Assembly: GCA_026397015.1 (NCBI GenBank)
Contig: JAPLVR010000005.1
Coordinates: forward strand, 32,001 to 96,000
Length of the DNA stretch: 64,000 nucleotides
Origin: Candidatus Iainarchaeum sp.
GTDB taxonomy: Archaea; Iainarchaeota; Iainarchaeia; Iainarchaeales; JAAZKV01
Reading direction: 5' to 3'
Part shown: positions 26,698 to 35,819 of the stretch, piece by piece
Numbering within the stretch: the stretch's first letter is position 1
Layout: each line of letters begins with the position of its first letter
Position numbers and translations under genes: made by a program
Notes under the pieces: generated by a model
Seen by the model: the letters and a program-made list of their open reading frames with translations, nothing else
Databases searched by the model: none
Told to the model about the DNA's origin: nothing

Positions 26698-29439
26698 ATG
26701 GAAAGAAAAAGTTTTTTGAGGATTGGAGTTTTGCTTTTGGTTTTGATTATATTGCCCCTAATTGTGAATGGCTGGACTTGCGGGCCCACTTCACAAGGTT
26801 ATAGTGGTTATTGTGACTGTTTTGCAGATGGATCCAATATAGGTGGGACGGCAAGGTCAGATAGGGTCGTTTGGCCATCTGCAATAAATCAAAAATGCAC
26901 ATATTTTGGTGTTACAGCGGGATCCGCAAAATGCTTGCTCGCGCTGCCTAGTGCTGTACAATCCGCGGCTAAGACTTATTTTGGCCTTACTACATTGTGT
27001 GGATATGGACTTGGCTGTGATACCCCTGATGTGGGTGAAGGCCCTCCATCCTACCTCTGCACAAATAGAACATATAATGCCGCATGCGGGTATATTGGGT
27101 ATCCTAGTATTTGTTGCCAGCCTGGATCTATCGGTACACAATCGTGTGGGAATTGGAACACTGGTACTCAATCAAGAACATGCAGTTCTGATGGGGCCGG
27201 TTGGGGTGATTGGGGTCCCTGCCTGAATCAGGGTGTTTGCACTCCTGGCAGTGCTGAGACGAGGAATTGTTCAGTAGGAATCGGAATCCAGTCAAGAATA
27301 TGTAATTCTTCTTACCAGTGGGGTTCATGGACAGGAAATTGCACTCAACCGGTTTGCACTCCCGGCGCTGTTGAAAATAGGAATTGTCCAGTTGGAGTAG
27401 GCACTCAATCAAGAACATGTAATTCTTCTCATCAATGGGGTTCATGGGTAGGTTATTGTAATACTGATATTTGTGTTTCGGGGCAGATACAGACAGTTGC
27501 CTGCGATAATGGCAGTTCAAAATCTAGAACTTGCCAGTCAAACGGGCAGTGGGGGGTATTTGGGGATTGCACGGGCGGAGCGGTTACTCTTGTTCCTGAA
27601 GTGAACAATATTTGTCTTCCTCGGAAAGACAGCTACGGAATTGAATTAAAATTGGGCAACGACAGCGGCGAAAGGAAATGCTACGATTTCGAGGCCGAAA
27701 CAGAGCCCTACCTTGACGCTACGCTTTCTCCAAATGAAACCGTTTGTGTTAATAACCATGAAACAAGAACAATGACTCTCTCAATAAACACATGGGATGC
27801 GGATGAAGACGATTACAACATTTCGGTTTTCGCCGAGGGCGATTCAAGCTTGTCTCTTCATTTTGATGTAAGGGTCGGCGACTGCGAGGACGGAAACTTT
27901 GATTTAACCTGGAATTCAAGAAACCTTTGCAGGGGCGAAAAGGAAACAGTAAGGGCAACGGTTGAAAACAACTCAAACTTTTCAAGAGTTGTAAAGCTTT
28001 ATGCCGAAAACGAAATGATGCTCCCTTACTTTTCAAGAGAAACAGTTACCGTTCCTGCAAACGGAGAAAAGGAAGTTGATTTGATACTTAATGCAAGGTT
28101 TGCGCCTCTCGGAAAAAAAACTATTTTCCTGCGCGCGACTTCTGGGAATGTTCACATAGAAAAATCCTGGGACACGGAAGTGGTTGACTGTTCCGGCATC
28201 ACAAGAAAAACTTTTTTTGTGGAAGCCCCTTTTGGATGTTTTGACGTGCAGAAGGGAAATGATTTCAGCAGCCGCTTTGCAGTAAGGAAAACCTCCGAAA
28301 ATTGCAGCGAAAGGCAGCAGCTTTTCTTTTATCTAACAGGAATGGGCAATGTGCTTTCCGCAAATGCCGCGTGGTTCGGCTGCGGTGAATCAAAAACAAT
28401 TGATTTCAAAATAAGCGTTCCGGTTGATGCTGAAGCCGGCAAACAATATCTCGTTGCAAAGGCAACCGACGGAACCTTTTCGGACGAAAAACAGATTTGC
28501 ATAAATGTTGTCGGTGCGAGCAATGCCGAGCTTTTGCTTAAGGAAGATTCGAAGAATGTTGTTAAGGGCTTTTCAGGAATATTCGAATTGGAAGCGAGAA
28601 ATACCGGCGATTTCAACGAAACGTTTTCGCTTGAATTGCTTGAAATTCCAAGCCAGGTAAGTGCAGTCCTTTCGGAAACGAATTTTTCCCTTTTGAGGGG
28701 AAATTCAAAAGCAATTTATCTTACGATAACTCCGAGCGATTCGGTTTTCCTCGGCCTTCACAAGCTTAAAGTGAAACTGAAGACGCCGGTTGCAAAAATT
28801 ATCGAAGTTCATTTTAACGTGGTTGAGCGCGCCTCGCTGCAGGAGCTTGAAATATTAAGCTACTCGCAGGAGCTCTCCCTTGAATCTTTCGGAAGCGCAA
28901 GATATGAATTGATTCTCAGAAACAATTCTGCGGGCACATTGCGCGATATAAATATTTCTTTTGAAAATGTTCCGCGCGACATAAACATTAACGGGGCATT
29001 GATTTCAGAGCTTCCAAGCGGCCGGCTGGCGGATGCGGCAGGAATCGTAAAAGCGGGCGATATTAACGGAAGCTTCGAAGTAAACGTGGTTGCAAAAACA
29101 GGCAACCTCATTGTCAGAAAGAAAATTCTTCTTTCAATAAAGCCGGTTGAGAGGATCGAGCAAGTCGTGCAGGATCAGAATCGAGACACTTGGCAAAACC
29201 CTTTGGCGGGCCTCTTTACTCTTAGCTTTTTGGGTGACAACGCAGGGCCTTTCGCAGGCGTTTTCATAATCCTGCTTTTGATTTTAATAATTATTTTGGG
29301 CATTGCGCTTTTCCTTGACACGCAGGTTTATGCACAGCAGGAAATTTTTATGCTCGCATTCGAAGAGCCGAGCGCCAACGCCAAAAGGAACAACTCAAAT
29401 TCGGGGAGAAACCAGCCCTGGGTTGATAACACCAACTAA
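26698..29439 (+). CDS. Large surface protein: Cys-rich TSP1-like repeats + several NEW3/CARDB-like Ig domains + TM
   Basis: Four 'C..G....C...G.QSR.C....WG.W..C' repeats; 'NTGDFNETFSL' Ig motif; TM near the C-terminus. Confidence 0.8.
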   Translation: MERKSFLRIGVLLLVLIILPLIVNGWTCGPTSQGYSGYCDCFADGSNIGGTARSDRVVWPSAINQKCTYFGVTAGSAKCLLALPSAVQSAAKTYFGLTTLCGYGLGCDTPDVGEGPPSYLCTNRTYNAACGYIGYPSICCQPGSIGTQSCGNWNTGTQSRTCSSDGAGWGDWGPCLNQGVCTPGSAETRNCSVGIGIQSRICNSSYQWGSWTGNCTQPVCTPGAVENRNCPVGVGTQSRTCNSSHQWGSWVGYCNTDICVSGQIQTVACDNGSSKSRTCQSNGQWGVFGDCTGGAVTLVPEVNNICLPRKDSYGIELKLGNDSGERKCYDFEAETEPYLDATLSPNETVCVNNHETRTMTLSINTWDADEDDYNISVFAEGDSSLSLHFDVRVGDCEDGNFDLTWNSRNLCRGEKETVRATVENNSNFSRVVKLYAENEMMLPYFSRETVTVPANGEKEVDLILNARFAPLGKKTIFLRATSGNVHIEKSWDTEVVDCSGITRKTFFVEAPFGCFDVQKGNDFSSRFAVRKTSENCSERQQLFFYLTGMGNVLSANAAWFGCGESKTIDFKISVPVDAEAGKQYLVAKATDGTFSDEKQICINVVGASNAELLLKEDSKNVVKGFSGIFELEARNTGDFNETFSLELLEIPSQVSAVLSETNFSLLRGNSKAIYLTITPSDSVFLGLHKLKVKLKTPVAKIIEVHFNVVERASLQELEILSYSQELSLESFGSARYELILRNNSAGTLRDINISFENVPRDININGALISELPSGRLADAAGIVKAGDINGSFEVNVVAKTGNLIVRKKILLSIKPVERIEQVVQDQNRDTWQNPLAGLFTLSFLGDNAGPFAGVFIILLLILIIILGIALFLDTQVYAQQEIFMLAFEEPSANAKRNNSNSGRNQPWVDNTN
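27115..27572 (+). repeat. Four Cys/Trp-rich coding repeats (~117-nt period)
   Basis: gtttgcactcctggc (27235) and gtttgcactcccggc (27352); tgtaattcttct and tggggttcatgg repeated. Confidence 0.8.
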
Positions 29440-29529
29440 TTCGGTGGTTTTTCTGCCAAAGGCACTTTTTTAATACTTTTTTTCTCTTTCTTTTTTATTC
29501 CTTTTTTGGTTTTGGCGGGCGGTGCAAAC

Positions 29530-29982
29530 ATGCTTGAAGATTTCCTTGAACAAAATTGTCTCGACGCAGAATTTTTTTCCTTTGAAGACGGCGTTTCTTT
29601 CAAAAAGGCTCTTTTTGAAATGCACACTCCTGCCTCGTCGGCGGTAAAAATAGAATTTTTTCTCGCAAATTCGGGCGAAGGGCTCCTGCTAATTTTTCCG
29701 CACAATTCAAAACCGGATCTTCAAAAGATTAAGAGGATTGCGGGTTGCGAAAGCATTAGCCATGCCAGTGCGGATGAAACGCTCGAATTTGCCGGTTATG
29801 AAAAAGGTTTTCTTCCGCCGGTTTCGATTTACGGCGTGAAAGTTTTTTTGGAAAAATCCCTTCAGGGGAAAGAATTCCTGTTCTGCAAAGTGGGCGAAAA
29901 CGATTACCTGAAGATTTCTCCCGATTCTGTGGCCGAGGCAAATGAAGACATAAAAATAGAATCTTTTTCAAAGCCCGTGTAA
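29530..29982 (+). CDS. YbaK/ProX-like aminoacyl-tRNA editing domain protein
   Basis: 'ASADETLEFAGYEKGFLPPVS' and overall length. Confidence 0.75.
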   Translation: MLEDFLEQNCLDAEFFSFEDGVSFKKALFEMHTPASSAVKIEFFLANSGEGLLLIFPHNSKPDLQKIKRIAGCESISHASADETLEFAGYEKGFLPPVSIYGVKVFLEKSLQGKEFLFCKVGENDYLKISPDSVAEANEDIKIESFSKPV

Positions 29983-30020
29983 AACCCTGCTTCAAAAAAT
30001 TATCCAAAGGCGCCCAAAAA

Positions 30021-31241
30021 TTATCCGAAAGTGCCCAATATTTCTTTTATCGTTTTCGAAAGCAGCTTTATTTCCTCTTCAGTGTTGTAAAAATAGAAGC
30101 TCGCCCTCGCCAGTCCCTCGCTGTTGAGCGATGACACAATTGGTTCCGCGCAGTGCATTCCGCTCCTTACACAGATGTTTTCCATCTCGCTCAGCGCCAA
30201 AGCCAAATCGTGGGGCGAAACCCTGCTCGAATTGAAAAGCACGATTGCGCCCTGCTTCCCTTCATCTTTCGGGCAATAAAGTTTAATCGATTCAACCGCT
30301 TCCAGCTCTTCAAGCGCAATTTTTGTGAGGCCCTTCTCCCTCTTTTCAATTTTCCTCATCCCGATTTTTTTCAGGTAATCAATCGCCGCTCCGAAACCGT
30401 ACGCCCCCCCTATATTAGGGGTGCCCGCTTCGAATTTGTAGGGCAGTTCATTCCAGCTCGCCTCGTGCCACGAAACGCTGTGTATCATGTCCCCCCCATA
30501 CATAAAAGGTTCCAGTTCTTTCAGCAGCTTTTCCTTCGCCACCAGCGCCCCGATTCCGGTCGGCCCGAGCATTTTATGCGCCGAGAATGCCAAGAAGTCC
30601 GCCTTCATCGCTCCGAAATTCACTTCCTTGTGCGGAACCAGTTGCGCCCCGTCAATGCAAAGCAGCGCGCCCTCTTTGTGCGCCTTTTTTTCAATTTCCC
30701 TTATGTCCGGGAATGTTGCGACAGTGTTGCTCGCCCCGGTTACCGAAACCAGTTTTGCCCCCCTGACTTTTTCCTCAAAATCTTTCATGTCAATTTCATA
30801 ATTTTCGTCCAACCTGGCATACTCAAGCTTAACGCCAATTTTCTTTTCCAGAAATTGCCACGGCACGATGTTGCTGTGGTGCTCCATTTTTGAAACAACT
30901 ATTTTGTCGCCGCGCTTGAAATAATTCGAATTCATCAGGGAATACATCACGAGGTTCATTCCTTCTGTAGTGTTTTTTGTGAAAATTGTTTCGTTCTTCC
31001 TTGCGCCCACGAATTGTGCGACCTTTTTGTGCGCTTCCTCATATGCTCTTGTCGCCTCCTCGCTCAACTTGTGCAGACCCCGGTGAATGTTCGCGCCAAC
31101 ATTCGAGTAATAATAATCCACCGCTTCAATTACTTGTTTCGGCTTCAATGATGTCGCCGCATTGTCCAGGTAAACGATTTTTTTGCCGTTGATTTTTCTT
31201 TTGAGGAGCGGGAAATCTTCCCTTATTTTTTCAACATTCAT
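30021..31241 (-). CDS. sufS: Cysteine desulfurase, SufS/CsdA type
   Basis: YLDNAATS, MEHHSN, SAHKMLGPTGIG, EAGTPN, RSGMHCA. Confidence 0.95.
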   Translation of the reverse strand: MNVEKIREDFPLLKRKINGKKIVYLDNAATSLKPKQVIEAVDYYYSNVGANIHRGLHKLSEEATRAYEEAHKKVAQFVGARKNETIFTKNTTEGMNLVMYSLMNSNYFKRGDKIVVSKMEHHSNIVPWQFLEKKIGVKLEYARLDENYEIDMKDFEEKVRGAKLVSVTGASNTVATFPDIREIEKKAHKEGALLCIDGAQLVPHKEVNFGAMKADFLAFSAHKMLGPTGIGALVAKEKLLKELEPFMYGGDMIHSVSWHEASWNELPYKFEAGTPNIGGAYGFGAAIDYLKKIGMRKIEKREKGLTKIALEELEAVESIKLYCPKDEGKQGAIVLFNSSRVSPHDLALALSEMENICVRSGMHCAEPIVSSLNSEGLARASFYFYNTEEEIKLLSKTIKEILGTFG

Positions 31242-31294
31242 AGCATAAAATGTGGGCAATAGAGCTTTAAAATCTTAATCACTCATTTTTATTT

Positions 31295-31966
31295 ATGCTT
31301 TTTGATTTGCACCTGCATTCGCGGTACAGCTTGGATGCGCTTACCAAGCCCGAAACCATAATAAGGATTTGCAAAAAAAACGGCTGGGGGGTTTCAATTA
31401 CCGACCACTGTTCGATGGATTCCTATGAAGGTGCCGGCGGTGCCGCAAAAACCGCAAAAAAGAAAGGGGTTTTTCTCATTCCTGGGGAAGAAATACTTGT
31501 CTTTGAAGATGGAAAGATTAAGGGTGAAGTAATCGCTTATTTTTTGAATTCTCCAATCGAATCGAAAAGCTTTGCCGAAATCGTTGATGATGTGAAATCG
31601 CAGGGCGCACTGCTCTCATGCCCCCACCCATTTGACTGGCCGAGGCGCAATTTCAAGGAGTTCCCGAAACACTGGAAAAAATTCGCCTGCATGGAAACCT
31701 TCAATGCCCGTGCCTACTATAATCATTTAAATAAAAAATCCGAGGAATTCGCCGAAGGAAAAAAAATTGCGCAGCTTGGCGTAAGCGACGCGCACATCCC
31801 CGAAGAAATAGGCAACGGCCTCACTGAAATGAACGCCGGAACGGAAAACGAGTTCAGGAAAGAATTAAAAAAGCAAAGAACCAAGGTAATTGTTAATGAT
31901 TTTGCAACAGTGTGGCACCATTTCCAGACGCAGTTGGCGAGAAGAAAAATTGTTTCGCCAAGGTGA
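31295..31966 (+). CDS. PHP-domain phosphoesterase
   Basis: DLHLHSRYSLD, ITDH, PGEE, PHPF, SDAH. Confidence 0.9.
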   Translation: MLFDLHLHSRYSLDALTKPETIIRICKKNGWGVSITDHCSMDSYEGAGGAAKTAKKKGVFLIPGEEILVFEDGKIKGEVIAYFLNSPIESKSFAEIVDDVKSQGALLSCPHPFDWPRRNFKEFPKHWKKFACMETFNARAYYNHLNKKSEEFAEGKKIAQLGVSDAHIPEEIGNGLTEMNAGTENEFRKELKKQRTKVIVNDFATVWHHFQTQLARRKIVSPR

Positions 31967-31999
31967 AAATAAAAATTAAATTTAATTGGCGGATAAAAG

Positions 32000-32629
32000 A
32001 TGATTTCAAGGTTGAGGCCGAAAATGGGTTTTCTTCAAAATGTTCTTGCGGCGCCTTTTATTTTTCTCGGAATCGACCCTAATTTGATTTCTGTGTTCGG
32101 TTTGGTGTTTGCCGTTATCGGCGCTTATTTTGTTTATTCCCAGCAGTGGCTTTTCGCCCTTGTTTTTTTCATTCTTGCCCCTTCGATTGATTTGATTGAC
32201 GGAACAGTTGCGCGTGCGCTGAGAAAAGCCTCCCCGTGGGGGAATTATTTCGAAACGATGCTCGACCGTTTTGTTGAGTTCGTTCTTCTCGGTTCGTTCG
32301 TTTTCATTTTTCCTCTCGCCTCTCTTCTCGCTCTCGGTTTTTCCATGCTTGTGAGCTACGCCAAGCCGCGTGTCGGCCTCATAATTATTACCGATAACCG
32401 CGATTGGCCCGGTGTCGGAGACCACGCGGACAAATTGTTATTGATGATGTTCGGTCTGGTTTGTGCTTCTTTTGGTTTCGTTTTTGTGATTGAGTATGTG
32501 CTTTACATTATTGCAACAGTTTCGCTTGTAGGTGTCGTTCAAAGAATGGCTTATGCGAATAAATTGATTAAAGAAGCTGAAAAAAAAGGAACGCTTCTTC
32601 CTTACATAAAGAAGGGAAAATCACGTTAA
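32000..32629 (+). CDS. CDP-alcohol phosphatidyltransferase
   Basis: DLIDGTVAR...G.YFETMLDR. Confidence 0.9.
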   Translation: MISRLRPKMGFLQNVLAAPFIFLGIDPNLISVFGLVFAVIGAYFVYSQQWLFALVFFILAPSIDLIDGTVARALRKASPWGNYFETMLDRFVEFVLLGSFVFIFPLASLLALGFSMLVSYAKPRVGLIIITDNRDWPGVGDHADKLLLMMFGLVCASFGFVFVIEYVLYIIATVSLVGVVQRMAYANKLIKEAEKKGTLLPYIKKGKSR

Positions 32630-32677
32630 AGATTGAAAAGTGTTGTTTATGTTTGTTTGTTTTTTGGAGTGGTAAAA

Positions 32678-33004
32678 ATGGAGTTGTCTTTTGGCGATTG
32701 GCAGAATGTTGATTTGCGCGTCGGCCTCATTGAGAAAGCCGAACACATAGAGGGAAAATCCAAGCTCTATAAGCTTACCGTGAGTTTCGGCGCGGAAAAA
32801 AGAACTGCAGTCGCGGGAATAAAGCCCTATTATTCGATTGAAGGGCTTGAAGGAAAAAAAGCGGTTTTTGTTTTCAATTTGGCGCCCGCAACAATCGCCG
32901 GTTTGCAAAGCACCGCAATGATTCTCGCGGTTCAAACCGCCGACAAAACCTACAAAGCAATTTTTGTTGATGATGCGGTAAAAGAAGGAGCCCGATTGGA
33001 ATAA
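32678..33004 (+). CDS. tRNA-binding OB-fold protein (Trbp111/CsaA/MetRS C-terminal type)
   Basis: VDLRVGLI, KLYKLTV, NLAPATIAGLQSTAMILA; GGAGTGG RBS. Confidence 0.9.
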   Translation: MELSFGDWQNVDLRVGLIEKAEHIEGKSKLYKLTVSFGAEKRTAVAGIKPYYSIEGLEGKKAVFVFNLAPATIAGLQSTAMILAVQTADKTYKAIFVDDAVKEGARLE

Positions 33005-33049
33005 TCGCGTGTAGTGCCCACGTTTTTTTGAATAACTTTTTTTATTGCC

Positions 33050-34204
33050 TTATGCAAGAATCGAAACCAGATACGGGAGCGCTACTAATGTTCCGATTGT
33101 CGCTCCAAGGTTTGTAAGCGCCGCAACTATGAGCAGGTGCGTAACTTTGTTTTTGTAAAATCCGCTTATTGAAGAGATGTTTGAAAGATTTTCAAAGTCA
33201 ATCACTTTTGGCGGATTGAATCTTGTTTCCGCCAGCGCACTAAACCAGCCCGCGGCAAGAAGCGGATGGAGGGTAGTAAACGGCGCCGCCAAAAAGGCGG
33301 TTATTATTGAGAGCGGATGCGCCCTTGCAAGCAGCGCCCCTATTGCAGAGCATCCGCCTGTAACAAGAAACCATGCTGCCAAAACGCTTACCGTTGTTTC
33401 AATTCCCTTCACCCAGAATGCGTATGCGACCATCGAGATAAACAAAAACGGAATTAGGTATCCTATAATTGCGAAATAGTTTGTCTTTTTCGGCGTGGTT
33501 TCAAGCTCAGTAAGATTTACCTTTTTGTCCTCCAAAATCGTTTCTTTTATCCCTTTCAGATGCCCTGCCCCCACAACTGCAACAATTTTTTTTGCAGGGC
33601 TTCTCTTTATCATTTCAGCGATATACAAGTCCCTTTCATCAACCAGCACGTGTTTTATCGAAGGCAGCTGCCCCCCGAGTTCCTTCATTAATTTATTCAT
33701 CACGTCTTCCTGTTTCAATTCCTCTATTTTTTCGGCCGTTATTTTTTCTCCATAACCAAACATTCCCGCAATTATGGAATAGCCGAGCTTCAATTTTTCG
33801 ATAAGTTTCATTCCGTCAAAAGCCCTTTTCAGCGTTATCCTAACATCCCTGTCAAGCAGCTGTATAGGGATTTTTTTTTCCTGCGCTTTTCTCACGGCCA
33901 CAAGCATTTCCGCGCCGGGCTTCACCCCTACCTTAATTCCGAGCTGCTTCTGTATGTTCGAGAGCAAAACATTCAGCAAAAAAAGATGTGTTTTTCCGCT
34001 TTTTACCACTTCAACAATGTTCATTTGCTCCCATTTCTGCCCGGAAAGCAGTTGTTGTATCCTTTCCTTGTCGAGTTCAATCCCTATTATGTCCGGATTT
34101 TCCTTGTCAATGGTTTCCTCGACAAGTTTTATCGATTCCTTTGAAATGTGCGCAGTTCCAACAAGTATTATTTCCCTGTCTTTCAGTTTTATTCTCTCAA
34201 TCAT
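33050..34204 (-). CDS. TraB/PrgY (pheromone shutdown) family protein
   Basis: LVGTAHIS, IELD, PGAEM, DRD, ERD, VVGAGH, C-terminal TMs. Confidence 0.92.
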   Translation of the reverse strand: MIERIKLKDREIILVGTAHISKESIKLVEETIDKENPDIIGIELDKERIQQLLSGQKWEQMNIVEVVKSGKTHLFLLNVLLSNIQKQLGIKVGVKPGAEMLVAVRKAQEKKIPIQLLDRDVRITLKRAFDGMKLIEKLKLGYSIIAGMFGYGEKITAEKIEELKQEDVMNKLMKELGGQLPSIKHVLVDERDLYIAEMIKRSPAKKIVAVVGAGHLKGIKETILEDKKVNLTELETTPKKTNYFAIIGYLIPFLFISMVAYAFWVKGIETTVSVLAAWFLVTGGCSAIGALLARAHPLSIITAFLAAPFTTLHPLLAAGWFSALAETRFNPPKVIDFENLSNISSISGFYKNKVTHLLIVAALTNLGATIGTLVALPYLVSILA

Positions 34205-34236
34205 CGAATAATAAAAAACATGCAACTCTTTTTAAA

Positions 34237-34335
34237 TCATCTAATTTTTTTGAGCCACCCCGCCACAAGCGGGTTCAGCATTTTGTAGATTTCCTCGTTG
34301 CTGTGCTTTTCTTCTGACAAAGTATAATAAGGAAG
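34237..34335 (-). pseudogene. Remnant resembling the N-terminus of archaeal Lhr helicase
   Basis: Own translation (LPYYT)LSEEKHSNEEIYKMLNPLVAGWLKKIR*; resembles from memory the Lhr start 'Y.DEEI...L.P.V..WFK.KF'. Confidence 0.4.
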
Positions 34336-34411
34336 CTTCTTTGAAGAAGGATTAAAAATCAGTCCGCGCGGCTCAAAGCATTTGCGGGAATTCGCGCGCA
34401 ATAAGACTTTT

Positions 34412-34573
34412 TCAGTTATTGCGGCTGTTTAATATTATGAGCGCAATTCCCGCTATTACGAAAATTATCCATGCCTGGGGAAAACTCTTTACCGGCTCCG
34501 GCAAAAGGCTCGATATTGTCGGGCCTATTCCAAGTCCGATTAAGAATAATCCCGTTTGTAGTTTAACCGTCAT
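34412..34573 (-). CDS. 53-aa two-TM membrane protein (absent from ORF track)
   Basis: MTVKLQTGLFLIGLGIGPTISSLLPEPVKSFPQAWIIFVIAGIALIILNSRNN*; TTTTATA ~25 nt upstream (leaderless-like). Confidence 0.6.
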   Translation of the reverse strand: MTVKLQTGLFLIGLGIGPTISSLLPEPVKSFPQAWIIFVIAGIALIILNSRNN

Positions 34574-34744
34574 GCCACAATAAACGCAAAAGTAGTATAA
34601 AAGCTTGTTGGCTTTAAAAATTTTCCCGAATTTTTCCGGTTTGATTTTATTTTTTTCCGCAAAGGCACTCTTTTAAACACTCTTTTTTTATGATTCAATT
34701 AGCAGCATCATGGAGTGATGTTTTTTATTCTTTGGAGTGGTTGA

Positions 34745-35656
34745 ATGGCTTTGTTGAGGGGAAGAAATTTTTCCGGAAGGGATTCTGTTCCGGTTTCCGG
34801 GTTGATTGTGCCGCTGCTTACCCCCATGAACGAGGATTTTACCGTTGATTTGTTCGGGTTGAAGAATCACGTTTCAAAGCTGATGAACAGCGGAGTGAAA
34901 AATTTTTTGACCGCGAGCACGGTCGGCGAATTCAAAAATATTTCTTTGAATGAAGAATTGGAAATAATTGAGAATGTTGTCTCAACGGTCGGTTCGAAAG
35001 GAATCGTTATTGCGGGCTGCTGTTCCGACACAACTGAAAGCATAGTTGAAAGGGTTCAGGCGGCTGAGAGAGAGGGCGCCTATGCCTGCGCCGTTAATGT
35101 CCCCCTTACCGCCCTCACAAACGAGGTTTTTTTTATTGATTTTTTTGACGAACTTTTTACCCAGACGCATGCAAAAATTTTTCTTTACAACGATCCCTTT
35201 GTTTTCAGGCGCAACATTCCGATTCTCGGCCTCAACAAGCTCGTGAATTGGGAGCGCCTTCTCGGCGTAATAGATTTTTCAAACAGCCAGCCTTACTTCA
35301 GGGAGCTTTGCAATTTGCAGGGCATGAAAATTTTTCAGGGCAATGACACCCTTTCCTTTGAGTCGCTGCGCGGGAATTGTTCCGGCCTGGCTTCTCCGAT
35401 GTCAAACGTTCATCCGCAGCTTTTTCTCGGCATAGTTAAGGATTTCCGAAGCCTTGATATGGTGTCAATGATTCGCCAGCAGGGCGAAATAAATTCTCTC
35501 GCGGAAAATTATTTTCCCGCGCAGAAAAAAATTCAGGCGTACAAGTATGCCCTTTCCCTGAAAGGGATAATGAAGGAATGCCACTCGAAAGGGCTCGAAC
35601 CGCTGACCGTGAATGAAAAAGAAAAAATGGAAGAATATGTGAGGCAGTTCGCCTGA
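34745..35656 (+). CDS. DapA/NAL-family TIM-barrel protein, catalytic Lys apparently replaced
   Basis: GLIVPLLTPM, STVGEF, FLYNDP, LLGVIDFS, IFQGND. Confidence 0.85.
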   Translation: MALLRGRNFSGRDSVPVSGLIVPLLTPMNEDFTVDLFGLKNHVSKLMNSGVKNFLTASTVGEFKNISLNEELEIIENVVSTVGSKGIVIAGCCSDTTESIVERVQAAEREGAYACAVNVPLTALTNEVFFIDFFDELFTQTHAKIFLYNDPFVFRRNIPILGLNKLVNWERLLGVIDFSNSQPYFRELCNLQGMKIFQGNDTLSFESLRGNCSGLASPMSNVHPQLFLGIVKDFRSLDMVSMIRQQGEINSLAENYFPAQKKIQAYKYALSLKGIMKECHSKGLEPLTVNEKEKMEEYVRQFA

Positions 35657-35819
35657 GGCAAATTTATTTGATAGAAATTCGCCCAAGGGAAATTTGGACG
35701 CCGAAATTTTGCCGACCGCATGATTCGATTAAATGTTCATAATTTTTTGTGCGGACGCAAACATTTAATACAACTTAATTCCTACTATTATTTGTTCTTA
35801 TTGCAAGTGAAGTGTGGGT

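Noticed and set aside
30153-30893. Long antisense ORFs (e.g. 246 aa opposite sufS, 188 aa opposite ppdK, 192 aa opposite the PLD gene)
   Set aside because: Shadow frames of well-supported genes, with no motifs or start signals.
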